From positions 169,284-233,283 of the IMG/VR virus record IMGVR_UViG_3300046536_000256: a DNA stretch of 64,000 nucleotides; one strand, 5' to 3'. The position numbers and the translations under genes are program-made. The notes under the pieces were generated by a model that did not search any database, was not told the DNA's origin, and saw only the letters and a list, made by a program, of their open reading frames with translations. Positions 48,574 through 57,815 of this stretch are shown in pieces (within the stretch, counting starts at the first letter, position 1; each line of letters starts with the position of its first letter).

Positions 48574-48591
48574 AATAATGTAGGTTTGAAA
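48574..48591 (-). promoter_or_regulatory. early promoter variant TTTCAAACCTACATTATT
   Basis: Same length and layout as the other five copies; heads the accessory gene array. Confidence 0.55.
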
Positions 48592-48672
48592 TAACATACA
48601 GATTAACAGTATTTAAACCCTAGTGATTTTATGCTTCACCCCACCCACCCAGTAATTATCTGTGGATTTCCT

Positions 48673-49260
48673 ATGACCTTCCCAAACCAACAATTGTTTT
48701 TGGAACGGTTCGTCGCTACTAATAAAGTCAGATATAGTGATAAACCACAATTCGTCAACTTGCTAAACAGTCTGACCCTGGACGCAATCACCTTCAGCAA
48801 TCCTCGTAAAGAAACTCTTCCGTCGGGCGAGGTTAAGCACCTCACCGATATGGCTGTTCCTGGGGCTTTCAATGCCTTTAACCAGAAGTTCCTCCCGGGT
48901 AACTACCCCGATCACGGTGTGGCTATGTTGGTTTCCCCGGACCCCCTGAGTACCGATGACTTACCCAAGGAGTTAACTCCCGGGATTTACTGGCAGTTCA
49001 CTGGGGTTGGCGAAGAGAAGCAAGGTGCTGTTCTTGTCCCCAAGGACGGCAAAAACGAACCGGCTATTATTGCGCTTATTAAACAAAATTGCCTGTTTGA
49101 CTTGCAGGATGCGGACATCACGGTCAGTGGCGATCTCTCTTCCGTCACGCTTGACTCCGCGACCATTGTCGGCTCACTCCTCGTGGTAGAAAGTCTCGGC
49201 ATACCAGCCAATGCAGTCTACGACGGTACCTACACTTTTGACGGGACACTCACCTACTAA
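48673..49260 (+). CDS. tail/baseplate-associated structural protein
   Basis: First gene of the tail-fibre operon; ends with YDGTYTFDG; start adjusted to MTFPNQQ. Confidence 0.6.
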   Translation: MTFPNQQLFLERFVATNKVRYSDKPQFVNLLNSLTLDAITFSNPRKETLPSGEVKHLTDMAVPGAFNAFNQKFLPGNYPDHGVAMLVSPDPLSTDDLPKELTPGIYWQFTGVGEEKQGAVLVPKDGKNEPAIIALIKQNCLFDLQDADITVSGDLSSVTLDSATIVGSLLVVESLGIPANAVYDGTYTFDGTLTY

Positions 49261-49357
49261 AGACAGGGGTTCTCGGAATAAGGAATCCAGAGCGGGCGGG
49301 TTGCAATATCACACCATTTCGTTTCACCCCGATTTAACACCTTAAAGGAATCGACTC

Positions 49358-52300
49358 ATGGCTGACATTACCGACGAGAGCGTATTTGATCCAGTACCGC
49401 TCATCGAAGTTGGGCAAAAAGTAAAAGGCGGTGCTGATGGGCCAGCAAACACCCCGCTCGTTGTGCTGGCTAACCGTACCAAGTACCTGAAGGATCAACT
49501 GGAATCGTTGATCAGTGCCGGTATAAATGTCATTGGTAGCTTGAGCAGTGTGGACGATCTGCACGCTATCGACACCACCAACATGGCTGTGGGTTCGGCT
49601 TATTTTGCCGAAGGCCAGTTGTGGGCGTGGAACTTGATTGAGTGGGTGGGTTCTGGCTCCTTGCTGGGTCCACGCGGTATCAACGTCTTGGGTTCTTGGG
49701 ATGACGCAACCCCGCTCCCAGACCCAACCGCTAACAAGGCGGGTGATGCTTACACTTGGAACGGTGATGTTTGGCTTCTTGTCCCACAGCCAGGCGGCTG
49801 GGTCAACATCGGTCTGAGAGGCGTCGCTGGTAAGAGTGCTTACGAGTCCGCCGTTGATAATGGCGAGACTGGATCTGAGATTGAATGGCTGGGTAACTTG
49901 GTTGGTAAAAGTGCCTATCAATCTTGGCTGGATCTGGGTCACATTGGTAGCGAAGCCGACTTCTTAACGGGTCTGAGAGGTGCCTCTGCTTACGACACTT
50001 GGATCGGTGAAGGTAACGTCGGTAATCCTGGCGCTTTCTTGGCTGCATTGAAAGGTGAGAGCGGTACCGTTAAGGTCTTGGGTAGTTTCGACAACCTGGC
50101 TGAGCTGTACGCTCTTCCAACCCAAGGTCTTGCTGATGGCTCTGGGTACTTCGCTGAAGGTCAGCTGTGGGTTTGGAACTTGATCGAATGGATCGGTTCT
50201 GGCTCGCTGTTGGGACCCCGTGGTATTACCTTGCTCGGCACCTGGCCTAACGGTCCAGCCTTGCCGGACGTTAGCTCTTCGGCGGTAGGTGATGCCTACA
50301 TGTGGAGGAGTGATATCTGGTTGCTGGTTCCGGGTTACGACGGCACCGCCCCACCAGTAGGCGAAGATCCACCACTACCGATCTGGGTGTCGATTGGTCT
50401 GGAAGGTCCGGTGGGTCAAAGTGCTTATGAAGCCGCTGTTGAAGTTGGCTTCGCTGGCACCAAGCCCCAGTGGCTGGCATCGTTAATCGGTAAGTCTGCT
50501 TATCAAACGTGGTTGGACTTAGGTAACGTTGGCGACCGGCAAGCGTTTCTCAACACACTGGTCTCTACCGAACCGGGTCCTCGTGGCCTTGAAGGCCCAG
50601 CTAAAGCACCTTTTGAAGTGATGGGTTCCAAGGCATCCGTTGGTCAGCTTCCTACTCCGGGTACCGCTGACGAAGCCTGGTATGTGGGTAGCCACCTGTA
50701 CGTTTGGGTAACGACTCAAACCCAGTATGTCGACTTGGGTTCTGTGGGCGGTCTGTCCGCTTACGAACTGGCGGTATCGGATGGTTTCGGTGGTAACCTA
50801 CAACAGTGGCTCGACTCGCTTAAGTCGACTGTTGCGGGTCCTATCGGTCCTCGTGGTCAAAACCTGAACGTTAAGGGTACCGTTCCAAACCAAAGCGCTT
50901 TGGGGAATATTCAAGGTGTCGTTGAACAGGACGCTTACGCACTGGCTGATACCGGTGATCTGTGGGTCTTTGTCGACGCTGCTTGGAAGAACCTCGGTCC
51001 CTTCCGTGGTAAGAGCATCTACCAGGTTTGGTTGGATAATGGGCACAGCGGTGATGAGGCTACTTACTTAGCATCGTTGCAAGGTCGTAATGGTACCAAC
51101 GGTGTCAACATCATCGTCAAAGGTTCGGTCGCTACCTTCACTGCACTGACCGCCACACCTGCCGAACAAGATGTGTACTCGGTTCGTGACGAGAACACTC
51201 TCTACGCTTACGTGGGCGGTGGCTGGATTCCGCTGGGTACCTTTAAGGGTGCTGATGGCGCTCCTGGCACTGACGGCGCTAACGGCTCTTCTATCACAAT
51301 CGTCAAGGTCCTGACTCCTGGTGATCAGGCTGTACCGGACCCAGTGGCGAACGCAGGTAAAGCCTACGTTGACCTGAACGGTCATATCCAGCTTTCCATT
51401 GGCGGGGTGTGGCTGGACAGTGGTCCTGTCGGCGCTACGGGTGACCGCGGTCCTCAGGGTCACGGGGTTAACCTGCGTGGTACCGTTACTGGTCCAACCT
51501 ACCTCCCTCGTGTGGATCAGGGCGCTGTAGACGGTGACGGCTACTTCATCGAAAGCAGCAAGCTGCTCTACGTGATGACCGACGGTCAGTGGGAAGGTCC
51601 GTTCGACATCATCGGTCCTGAAGGTCCTCCTGGCGCAGACGGCGAGAAAGGTGAAGCCGGTACTTCGATTAACATCTTGGGTGCTTACCCTACGCTGGCT
51701 GATCTGGCAACGGCTCATCCAACAGGTAACTTGGGTGATGGCTATCTGGTTGGTAACAACCTGGCTATCTGGACTACCGCTAACGGCGGTGAGTGGATTG
51801 ACATCGGTCTGGTCCGTGGTCCTCAGGGTATCCAAGGGGTTCAAGGTCCTATCGGTATCGGTAAGAAAGGCGACAAGGGTGATAAAGGTTCGTCCTGGAT
51901 TACTCTGCCTGCTGGCGTTGATGAGCCGGGTCTTGGTTTCACTGGTAACATCGGTGACTGGGCCGTCTCGGATACCTTCAAGGTCTACTACAAGTCGGCT
52001 GTAACTGGCTGGACTTACTGGGGTCGTTTGGTAGCGGGTGATGTTAACTCGCCGTTGCTGTCTGTCGGTAAAGTAGTGCGGCTGGGCAACGAGTGGGTAC
52101 CGCTGTTGGTAGACGAAGCACCCGCAATGATCAACGGTAAGGTTTACGTTCGTTCGTTGAAGGCTGGTTCTACTACCAATGAAGGTGAGTGGACTGAGTT
52201 GGTATTCCCGCCTCAAATCAGCGAACCTGCTGCTGATGGGCAACCGTATATGCGCATGCGTGCTAACGGGCAACCTGTTGGTAGCTGGGCGTTGTACACC

Positions 52301-53266
52301 GCTCCTACGTTGGCTAGTTTGGGGGGTGTGCCGACTTCGGCGTTGGGTACCACGGTTGCGCAACTTGTGGCTGGTGTTGTTCCTGCAAGTCAGCTGCCTA
52401 GCTACGTCGATGACGTTCTGGAGTTTGCTAACCAAGCGGCCTTCCCTGCTACTGGTGAGTCCGGGAAGATCTACATTTCCCTTGCAACGAACGCCCAGTT
52501 CCGTTGGTCGGGCAGTGTCTATATCGGGTTGGTGGCGTCGCCTGGAACCACGGATGCTGTAGTAGAAGGGGCGACTAACCTCTACTTCACGCAAGCTCGA
52601 GTTCGGTCGACACCTCTGACTGGGTTTAGCCTGGCTACTAACAGCGCTGTTGTGGCGACAGACACCGTGATCACGGCGTTCGGTAAGGTGCAAGCGCAGA
52701 TCAACGCGTTCGTACCTGGTTTTGCCGATACCCCGGTAGACACTAACCTCTACGCTCGTAAAGGTGATCACACTTGGTCTATCATCACCCCGGGCTTTGC
52801 GGACACCCCATCGGACACCAACCTGTACCTCCGTAAGGGGGACCACACTTGGTCGTTGTACACCGGCGTTACCGCACCGGCTAACGATGGCCACCAGTGG
52901 ATCTACAAAGCCAGCGCTTGGGCGTCGTTCGATCGTTACGATCTGCCAGTTCAGGCGATCTCTGCGACGGCCACCGTTGACCCAGCCACCAACCTATTTG
53001 CTAAAGTGGATAACAGTGCGGCTACTGCCAAAACTATCACCTTGGGCGATGGTCCAAAAGCTGGTGGTGCAATCGGTGCTCGCGCGCTGACTGTGGTCAT
53101 GAAAATCAACGGTGCTGCGGGTGTCATTACCTTTGCTGCTACTGGTGCAACAGTACTGGTTTGGAACGGTGGGTCTCCACCTACCCTGACCGGTAGCCGC
53201 ACGATCCTTACCTTCCTTTGGGACGGCGTGGAATGGACTGGTGCGTCTGGTGCTGTAGTGCCTTAA
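49358..53266 (+). CDS. tail fibre protein with collagen-like and repeated modules
   Basis: N-terminal GGADGPANTPLVVLANRTKYLK attachment motif, many G-X-Y triplets, GxSAY repeats, YVDDVLEF...GESGKIY and EGATNLYFT fibre modules. Confidence 0.85.
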   Translation: MADITDESVFDPVPLIEVGQKVKGGADGPANTPLVVLANRTKYLKDQLESLISAGINVIGSLSSVDDLHAIDTTNMAVGSAYFAEGQLWAWNLIEWVGSGSLLGPRGINVLGSWDDATPLPDPTANKAGDAYTWNGDVWLLVPQPGGWVNIGLRGVAGKSAYESAVDNGETGSEIEWLGNLVGKSAYQSWLDLGHIGSEADFLTGLRGASAYDTWIGEGNVGNPGAFLAALKGESGTVKVLGSFDNLAELYALPTQGLADGSGYFAEGQLWVWNLIEWIGSGSLLGPRGITLLGTWPNGPALPDVSSSAVGDAYMWRSDIWLLVPGYDGTAPPVGEDPPLPIWVSIGLEGPVGQSAYEAAVEVGFAGTKPQWLASLIGKSAYQTWLDLGNVGDRQAFLNTLVSTEPGPRGLEGPAKAPFEVMGSKASVGQLPTPGTADEAWYVGSHLYVWVTTQTQYVDLGSVGGLSAYELAVSDGFGGNLQQWLDSLKSTVAGPIGPRGQNLNVKGTVPNQSALGNIQGVVEQDAYALADTGDLWVFVDAAWKNLGPFRGKSIYQVWLDNGHSGDEATYLASLQGRNGTNGVNIIVKGSVATFTALTATPAEQDVYSVRDENTLYAYVGGGWIPLGTFKGADGAPGTDGANGSSITIVKVLTPGDQAVPDPVANAGKAYVDLNGHIQLSIGGVWLDSGPVGATGDRGPQGHGVNLRGTVTGPTYLPRVDQGAVDGDGYFIESSKLLYVMTDGQWEGPFDIIGPEGPPGADGEKGEAGTSINILGAYPTLADLATAHPTGNLGDGYLVGNNLAIWTTANGGEWIDIGLVRGPQGIQGVQGPIGIGKKGDKGDKGSSWITLPAGVDEPGLGFTGNIGDWAVSDTFKVYYKSAVTGWTYWGRLVAGDVNSPLLSVGKVVRLGNEWVPLLVDEAPAMINGKVYVRSLKAGSTTNEGEWTELVFPPQISEPAADGQPYMRMRANGQPVGSWALYTAPTLASLGGVPTSALGTTVAQLVAGVVPASQLPSYVDDVLEFANQAAFPATGESGKIYISLATNAQFRWSGSVYIGLVASPGTTDAVVEGATNLYFTQARVRSTPLTGFSLATNSAVVATDTVITAFGKVQAQINAFVPGFADTPVDTNLYARKGDHTWSIITPGFADTPSDTNLYLRKGDHTWSLYTGVTAPANDGHQWIYKASAWASFDRYDLPVQAISATATVDPATNLFAKVDNSAATAKTITLGDGPKAGGAIGARALTVVMKINGAAGVITFAATGATVLVWNGGSPPTLTGSRTILTFLWDGVEWTGASGAVVP

Positions 53267-53273
53267 CCATAAC

Positions 53274-53306
53274 GCATGCGGCCTCCCTTCGGGGAGGTCT
53301 GTATGC
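53274..53306 (+). terminator. UUCG-loop hairpin after the tail fibre
   Basis: GGCCTCCC-TTCG-GGGAGGTC. Confidence 0.5.
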
Positions 53307-53334
53307 GTGACACTTATTGACTCGGTGAATCAAG

Positions 53335-54549
53335 ATGATGGAAGTAATGTTGAGCACCGTTCCCCGCGGAGGGTTAGCGGATAACAGTGATTTACCATTT
53401 CCGGCAGGGACTCCCTTTAAAGGTGTTGTAAGAACCACCGACTTCATTACCGGGGATGCTTTGGCAACGGCAATTGCTTTGACCCTCGGTACCTCTAAGG
53501 ACAGCGATGCGGGCTGGCTACACTTCATTGACCCCGACACCAGCCTAGAGTTCTACGTTGCCAAGAAGACCATGCGGTACAATTTGAGTTGGGAGCAAAT
53601 CAACGCCGCGCAAATCAACAAAGAAATCACCATCAATGGTGATGTCTACATCTGTCGTTTCATCACCTCGATGGTTAACCCTAACCTAGCGGTATCCGAC
53701 GCTAACGCCGGTGGTGAATGGAACACGTACATGTACCCACTCTACGGCGGGGATAGAAGGGCTGAGCTTCCAGCAGGAACTCCTGTTTGGGGGTATTACA
53801 CTGCGGATATGCTGGGTATTTCGCCTATTAAGCAGTCGTCGGGTAACGGCCTCCACTCTGTTTGTTCCGAGCCTGTTACTAACGGCGGGCACGCTACTCG
53901 GGGCGACACGTGGACTAACTCCAGTGTTCCTTGCATCATGGGGTTGTGGTATGTCGTAACGAACACCCCACAAGTCTGGTATGGCTGGCGTCCGGTCTTG
54001 GTGAAGAAGTCTACTTTGCCACCGAGTGTCTACCAGGGTGTAGTTTCTGCTGCTTCGTTTATTACACCGTCTGCTCTGTCTACTCTGGTCAGTTACAGCT
54101 TCGGTACCTTGATGGACGACGCCACCCCATGGCTACACTTCAAGGAAACGAATGGCAAAGAAGTCTGGGTCGCTCAAAAGTCTATCCGCGATAAGTGTAC
54201 TCGTGCCAGTCTGAACACTGCTGGGTTGGGTAACACGGCCGCCGGTAAACTGGTGACGATTGGTGGTAAGAACTATAAATGCCGCCTGTTGACTGAGGCG
54301 GAATGGAACCGCTACATGTACGGCGTGTATGACAACAGCACTGTTACTGTGAACACACAGTTCTGGGCTCAGTTCAGCAACACCGACCTGACCGTAGGTA
54401 ACAACGCTGTGGTTGCAGGTGGGTTAGCACACACCTATGACGGTACTACTCGTGGTTACCCTAACATTTCTGCGGCTTGGGCAACCAACGACGGTTCTCC
54501 AGGAACTTCTGGCTATGCCTGGCGACCAATTCTCGAACTGGTCCCTTAG
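53335..54549 (+). CDS. virion/tail-associated protein with two tandem homologous domains (paralog A)
   Basis: Two domains ending YGWRPVL and YAWRPILELVP; paralog of 55804..57060. Confidence 0.7.
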   Translation: MMEVMLSTVPRGGLADNSDLPFPAGTPFKGVVRTTDFITGDALATAIALTLGTSKDSDAGWLHFIDPDTSLEFYVAKKTMRYNLSWEQINAAQINKEITINGDVYICRFITSMVNPNLAVSDANAGGEWNTYMYPLYGGDRRAELPAGTPVWGYYTADMLGISPIKQSSGNGLHSVCSEPVTNGGHATRGDTWTNSSVPCIMGLWYVVTNTPQVWYGWRPVLVKKSTLPPSVYQGVVSAASFITPSALSTLVSYSFGTLMDDATPWLHFKETNGKEVWVAQKSIRDKCTRASLNTAGLGNTAAGKLVTIGGKNYKCRLLTEAEWNRYMYGVYDNSTVTVNTQFWAQFSNTDLTVGNNAVVAGGLAHTYDGTTRGYPNISAAWATNDGSPGTSGYAWRPILELVP

Positions 54550-54579
54550 CGGCTGAAATAATCAATGTAAGGAGTCAGC

Positions 54580-55236
54580 ATGACTATTGTTACAAGTACT
54601 ACTCGTTTGATCGAATCTGACAGCAAGGCTTATCCCCTTTACCTGGCCAACATGGCTACCTACGCCCCCAACACCTGTTTCGGGGCTACTGTTGACTCCG
54701 ATCTTTTGATCGCGTTCGGCATGGAAGTCGTCCATGAAACGGCGCAACCTATCGGCGACGTGATCACCGAAGGGCCGCCGGAACTTCGTCCGGACGGTAA
54801 CTGGTACCAGACGTGGGTAACTCGTTCGTTCAGTGAAGTCGAGTTGACTGACAAACTGGCCGAGCGTAAGGCAGTCCTGCTGGTGCAAGCAGAAACATTG
54901 CGAGTAACCGCCTTTGCTATCGGGTTCCCTTACACCTTCCCGGATAACAACGTTTATCACGTACAGGTACGGGCCTCTGACCGCGGTAACATCTCCGACA
55001 TGCGCACCATCGCTAAAGAGATGATCGAGGCTAACCAACCGATGACCTTTCCGTTCCGCGTGTACGAGAACATTCCCGTCGGACTGAGTGCTGAAGAGAT
55101 GGTCGCTTTGGCAAACCGTACCTTCCAACAGGTTGTGGCGGGGTATCAGGTTGGCTGGGATTACAAGGATGCGATCACCGCTGCTACGTCTTTCGAAACA
55201 CTTCCCGCTGCACCAACGGTCTTCTTCACCATGTAA
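54580..55236 (+). CDS. tail fibre assembly/chaperone-like protein (DUF4376-like C-terminus)
   Basis: N-terminal PELRPDGNWYQTWVTR motif; C-terminal GFPYTF..VQVRASDRGNI...WDYKDAITAATS. Confidence 0.6.
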   Translation: MTIVTSTTRLIESDSKAYPLYLANMATYAPNTCFGATVDSDLLIAFGMEVVHETAQPIGDVITEGPPELRPDGNWYQTWVTRSFSEVELTDKLAERKAVLLVQAETLRVTAFAIGFPYTFPDNNVYHVQVRASDRGNISDMRTIAKEMIEANQPMTFPFRVYENIPVGLSAEEMVALANRTFQQVVAGYQVGWDYKDAITAATSFETLPAAPTVFFTM

Positions 55237-55270
55237 AGATAACCCCCTAGTCTGTAATGGAGTTTGAACG

Positions 55271-55735
55271 ATGAGTACCTTTACCGGATTTAGCGCAATC
55301 GAACAGCTTCAATATGACAAACTTGCCAGTGCCATGTATGGCAAGGATATCTGGGACCTCATACCAGGGTTTCGTTATTACATCGGTAGTGTGGATTCCG
55401 GTAAGTACGTCGATGTAGAAACTGGATTCAAAACGGATGGCGCAACCATCCCTCGGTTTCTGTGGTGGATACTTCCGCCAATGGGTGAGTACAGTCAGGC
55501 GTGCACATTGCACGATAAACTGTGCCAGACGTACAAGGTTATACAAGTCATAAATGGCATCCCGACAGAAGTGGCGATCACCCGTAAAGAGGTCGATCGT
55601 ATCTTGAAGGAATCCATGGATGTACTTGAAGTCAAGCCTTGGAAAAAAGTCTTCATCATGACTGGCGTTAATATCTACCGCATTGTTAAAAACCCCACCG
55701 CTCCAAAGACCCCGTACCAAAGTTATGCTGCTTAG
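55271..55735 (+). CDS. DUF1353-family protein
   Basis: GFKTDGATIPRFLWW...YSQACTLHDKLC...RKEVDRILKESM motif set. Confidence 0.75.
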   Translation: MSTFTGFSAIEQLQYDKLASAMYGKDIWDLIPGFRYYIGSVDSGKYVDVETGFKTDGATIPRFLWWILPPMGEYSQACTLHDKLCQTYKVIQVINGIPTEVAITRKEVDRILKESMDVLEVKPWKKVFIMTGVNIYRIVKNPTAPKTPYQSYAA

Positions 55736-55747
55736 TGTTTGATCGAA

Positions 55748-55787
55748 TATAACCCCTCCTACCCCGCAAAGGGTAGGAGGGGTTATA
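55748..55787. terminator. bidirectional hairpin
   Basis: TATAACCCCTCCTACCC-cgcaaa-GGGTAGGAGGGGTTATA, 17-bp stem between convergent genes. Confidence 0.75.
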
Positions 55788-55803
55788 GTTGTTTCAAGCG
55801 GAC

Positions 55804-57060
55804 TTAAGGAACAAGTTCCAGAATAGGTCTCCAGCCGTAGCCTGGTTGTACAGAACTCGCAGGCTGATACCAGATACCCATGAACCCAGGATACCCACGC
55901 AACACGTACCCGCCCTGCGTACTGGCCTCTTGACAGGTAATAAGTTCGTAGTTCGTGGTTCCGCCATCCCAGCCCATATCAGCCGGGGCGTAGTTAGCCC
56001 ACGCCAAAGCAGCGCCACCAGCATACGAGGTAGTAACCCGTGAGAAGTAAGCGTCGTATTCACCGCCGGCTGTGTTAGTCGGGTTAGCCCCGCTACCACC
56101 GGTCATCAGACGAACCTTATACGTCAACCCGCCAATAACAACGGTCTTCGTACCAGTCACCGCACCTAATGCACTGAGTGCTTCCCAAGTGATCGTTTTA
56201 CGGATAGGCAGCTTAGGCATATAGAACGTCTTGCCGTTGTCAACGAACTTCAACCAAGCACTGGTGTCGTTGACCAAGGTGCCCGCGGTCAATCCAATCG
56301 CGGTGGCCAGCGCTGAACCACTGATGAAGTCAGTAGACAACACCTCTCCCCTGAACGGGGTTAGCGGGATAGTGGACTTCTTCACCAGCTTAGGACGCCA
56401 GCCATACCAGTTCTGCGGAGTGTTGGCAACAATGTACCAAAGCCCCATCATGTTGTTAGTATTGGCGTTACCGCCAGAGTTACTACCTCGTGAAGCATAG
56501 TTACCGGCACTAACAGCGTCTTGGCAAATAGTTCCGCTACCAAGCTCTGTTGAGTTAACCATCGTGGCAATACCCAGCATTGCAGCCGTGTAGTTACCCC
56601 ATACCGGCGTACCCCCAGGAAAATACTGTCGGTCAGCGTTGTTGTACAACGGGTACATGAAGTGGTTCCAATCACCACCGGCGTTCGCTTGGGCTAGACC
56701 GCCGCCGGGTGTGACTAGACCGGTTAACAACTTAATAACGTAGACATCACCATTGATGGTGATTTCTTTACCGCCGTTGCTGGTAGCCGCTTCAATATTC
56801 TCCCAAGAGGCATTGTAACGGATTGGCTTCTTAGCAATGTAAAGTTCTGTGCCATCCGTGTCGATAAAGTGTAACCATCCACCCGTGCTATTTATCGACC
56901 CTCCGGCTACTAACCCACAGAAACTTGCCAGTGCGTCACCAGTAATGAAGTTAGCAGAATGGACGACTCCCTTATACGGAGTACCGGTTGGAAAAGATAC
57001 ATCGGAATCGTCGTTAGCTACAATTGGGGATACTGGTCGATTTAACAATGTTTCTATCAT
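55804..57060 (-). CDS. virion/tail-associated protein with two tandem homologous domains (paralog B)
   Basis: Two domains ending YGWRPKL and YGWRPILELVP; paralog of 53335..54549. Confidence 0.7.
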   Translation of the reverse strand: MIETLLNRPVSPIVANDDSDVSFPTGTPYKGVVHSANFITGDALASFCGLVAGGSINSTGGWLHFIDTDGTELYIAKKPIRYNASWENIEAATSNGGKEITINGDVYVIKLLTGLVTPGGGLAQANAGGDWNHFMYPLYNNADRQYFPGGTPVWGNYTAAMLGIATMVNSTELGSGTICQDAVSAGNYASRGSNSGGNANTNNMMGLWYIVANTPQNWYGWRPKLVKKSTIPLTPFRGEVLSTDFISGSALATAIGLTAGTLVNDTSAWLKFVDNGKTFYMPKLPIRKTITWEALSALGAVTGTKTVVIGGLTYKVRLMTGGSGANPTNTAGGEYDAYFSRVTTSYAGGAALAWANYAPADMGWDGGTTNYELITCQEASTQGGYVLRGYPGFMGIWYQPASSVQPGYGWRPILELVP

Positions 57061-57185
57061 AAGGGTTCTCTCTTCGTTGCAATGCAGTAATTATTTGACG
57101 GTTTATATCCTTATACTTAAGCTATAGTGGACAAGCCTATAGAGTAGACGCCTTTATAGGAACGAAACAAAAACATAAGTAAAGC

Positions 57186-57218
57186 TAACCCTCTCTACCC
57201 ATTGGGTAGAGAGGGTTA
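57186..57218. terminator. perfect palindrome / terminator
   Basis: TAACCCTCTCTACCCA-t-TGGGTAGAGAGGGTTA. Confidence 0.7.
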
Positions 57219-57225
57219 TAGCCGA

Positions 57226-57429
57226 TTAGACGATTTCGAGTTCCGATTCGAAGGCTTCAACCACACTGGACAAGTCGCCGGTGAAATCATCTTCAATGCT
57301 GGAGTCCAACGAACCAACCCAGTGCTCATCCACGGGGTCAAACTTAAGGCTCATCGTGGTACGATGATCAGCGCAATGACGGGCCAGTGCTTCCAAACGG
57401 TCTTCAAGTGAAACGTTAACATGGGGCAT
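57226..57429 (-). CDS. small acidic hypothetical protein
   Basis: 67-aa ORF with GAGG RBS. Confidence 0.65.
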   Translation of the reverse strand: MPHVNVSLEDRLEALARHCADHRTTMSLKFDPVDEHWVGSLDSSIEDDFTGDLSSVVEAFESELEIV

Positions 57430-57444
57430 GCGTTCTACCTCTGG

Positions 57445-57813
57445 TTAAAATTGAGATTTACGTTCTTCTTTCCAACTCACCCGGTCGTCAAAGTATTTCA
57501 ACGACCGTTTACCCAGTACCACCTGACCGCAATTCCAGCGAATCAGTTCTTTGCTTTTACATAGGATTTTTACATCCGCACGTTTAACAAAGGACAATGC
57601 TTCCCCGAGAGCATGAACATGCTTCTTCTCGAGTGCATAGAAGTAATGAATACGGGAGTTGGTAATGACCACAGCGATGGTCAAGAAATGGTCAATGACA
57701 GGGCATGGCTCATCCAGCGGCTCGATCCCATACTGAGGGAAAAAGTCAGGACGGCCGATAATCTTTAACCCATTCAGTGAACCCAGGGCAGGTTTAGGGA
57801 TCGGGGTGCTCAT
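57445..57813 (-). CDS. hypothetical protein
   Basis: 122-aa ORF. Confidence 0.65.
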   Translation of the reverse strand: MSTPIPKPALGSLNGLKIIGRPDFFPQYGIEPLDEPCPVIDHFLTIAVVITNSRIHYFYALEKKHVHALGEALSFVKRADVKILCKSKELIRWNCGQVVLGKRSLKYFDDRVSWKEERKSQF

Positions 57814-57815
57814 GA

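Noticed and set aside
32240-48633. ATTTTATG upstream of two plus-strand structural genes as late (TATG) promoters
   Set aside because: Compatible with the known phiKZ late motif, but too short to call from two instances without TSS data.
51068-52894. 608-aa antisense ORF over the tail fibre, and many other long opposite-strand ORFs (e.g. 895..2100, 6736..7965, 10063..11454)
   Set aside because: They are shadows of strongly codon-biased sense genes, with no RBS, odd composition and no motifs.
53335-57060. Invertible shufflon or DGR involving the two inverted paralogs
   Set aside because: DNA identity between the paralogs is only partial (roughly two-thirds by eye). There are no identical crossover sites, no invertase or RT, and no adenine-specific template/variable repeat pair in the window.
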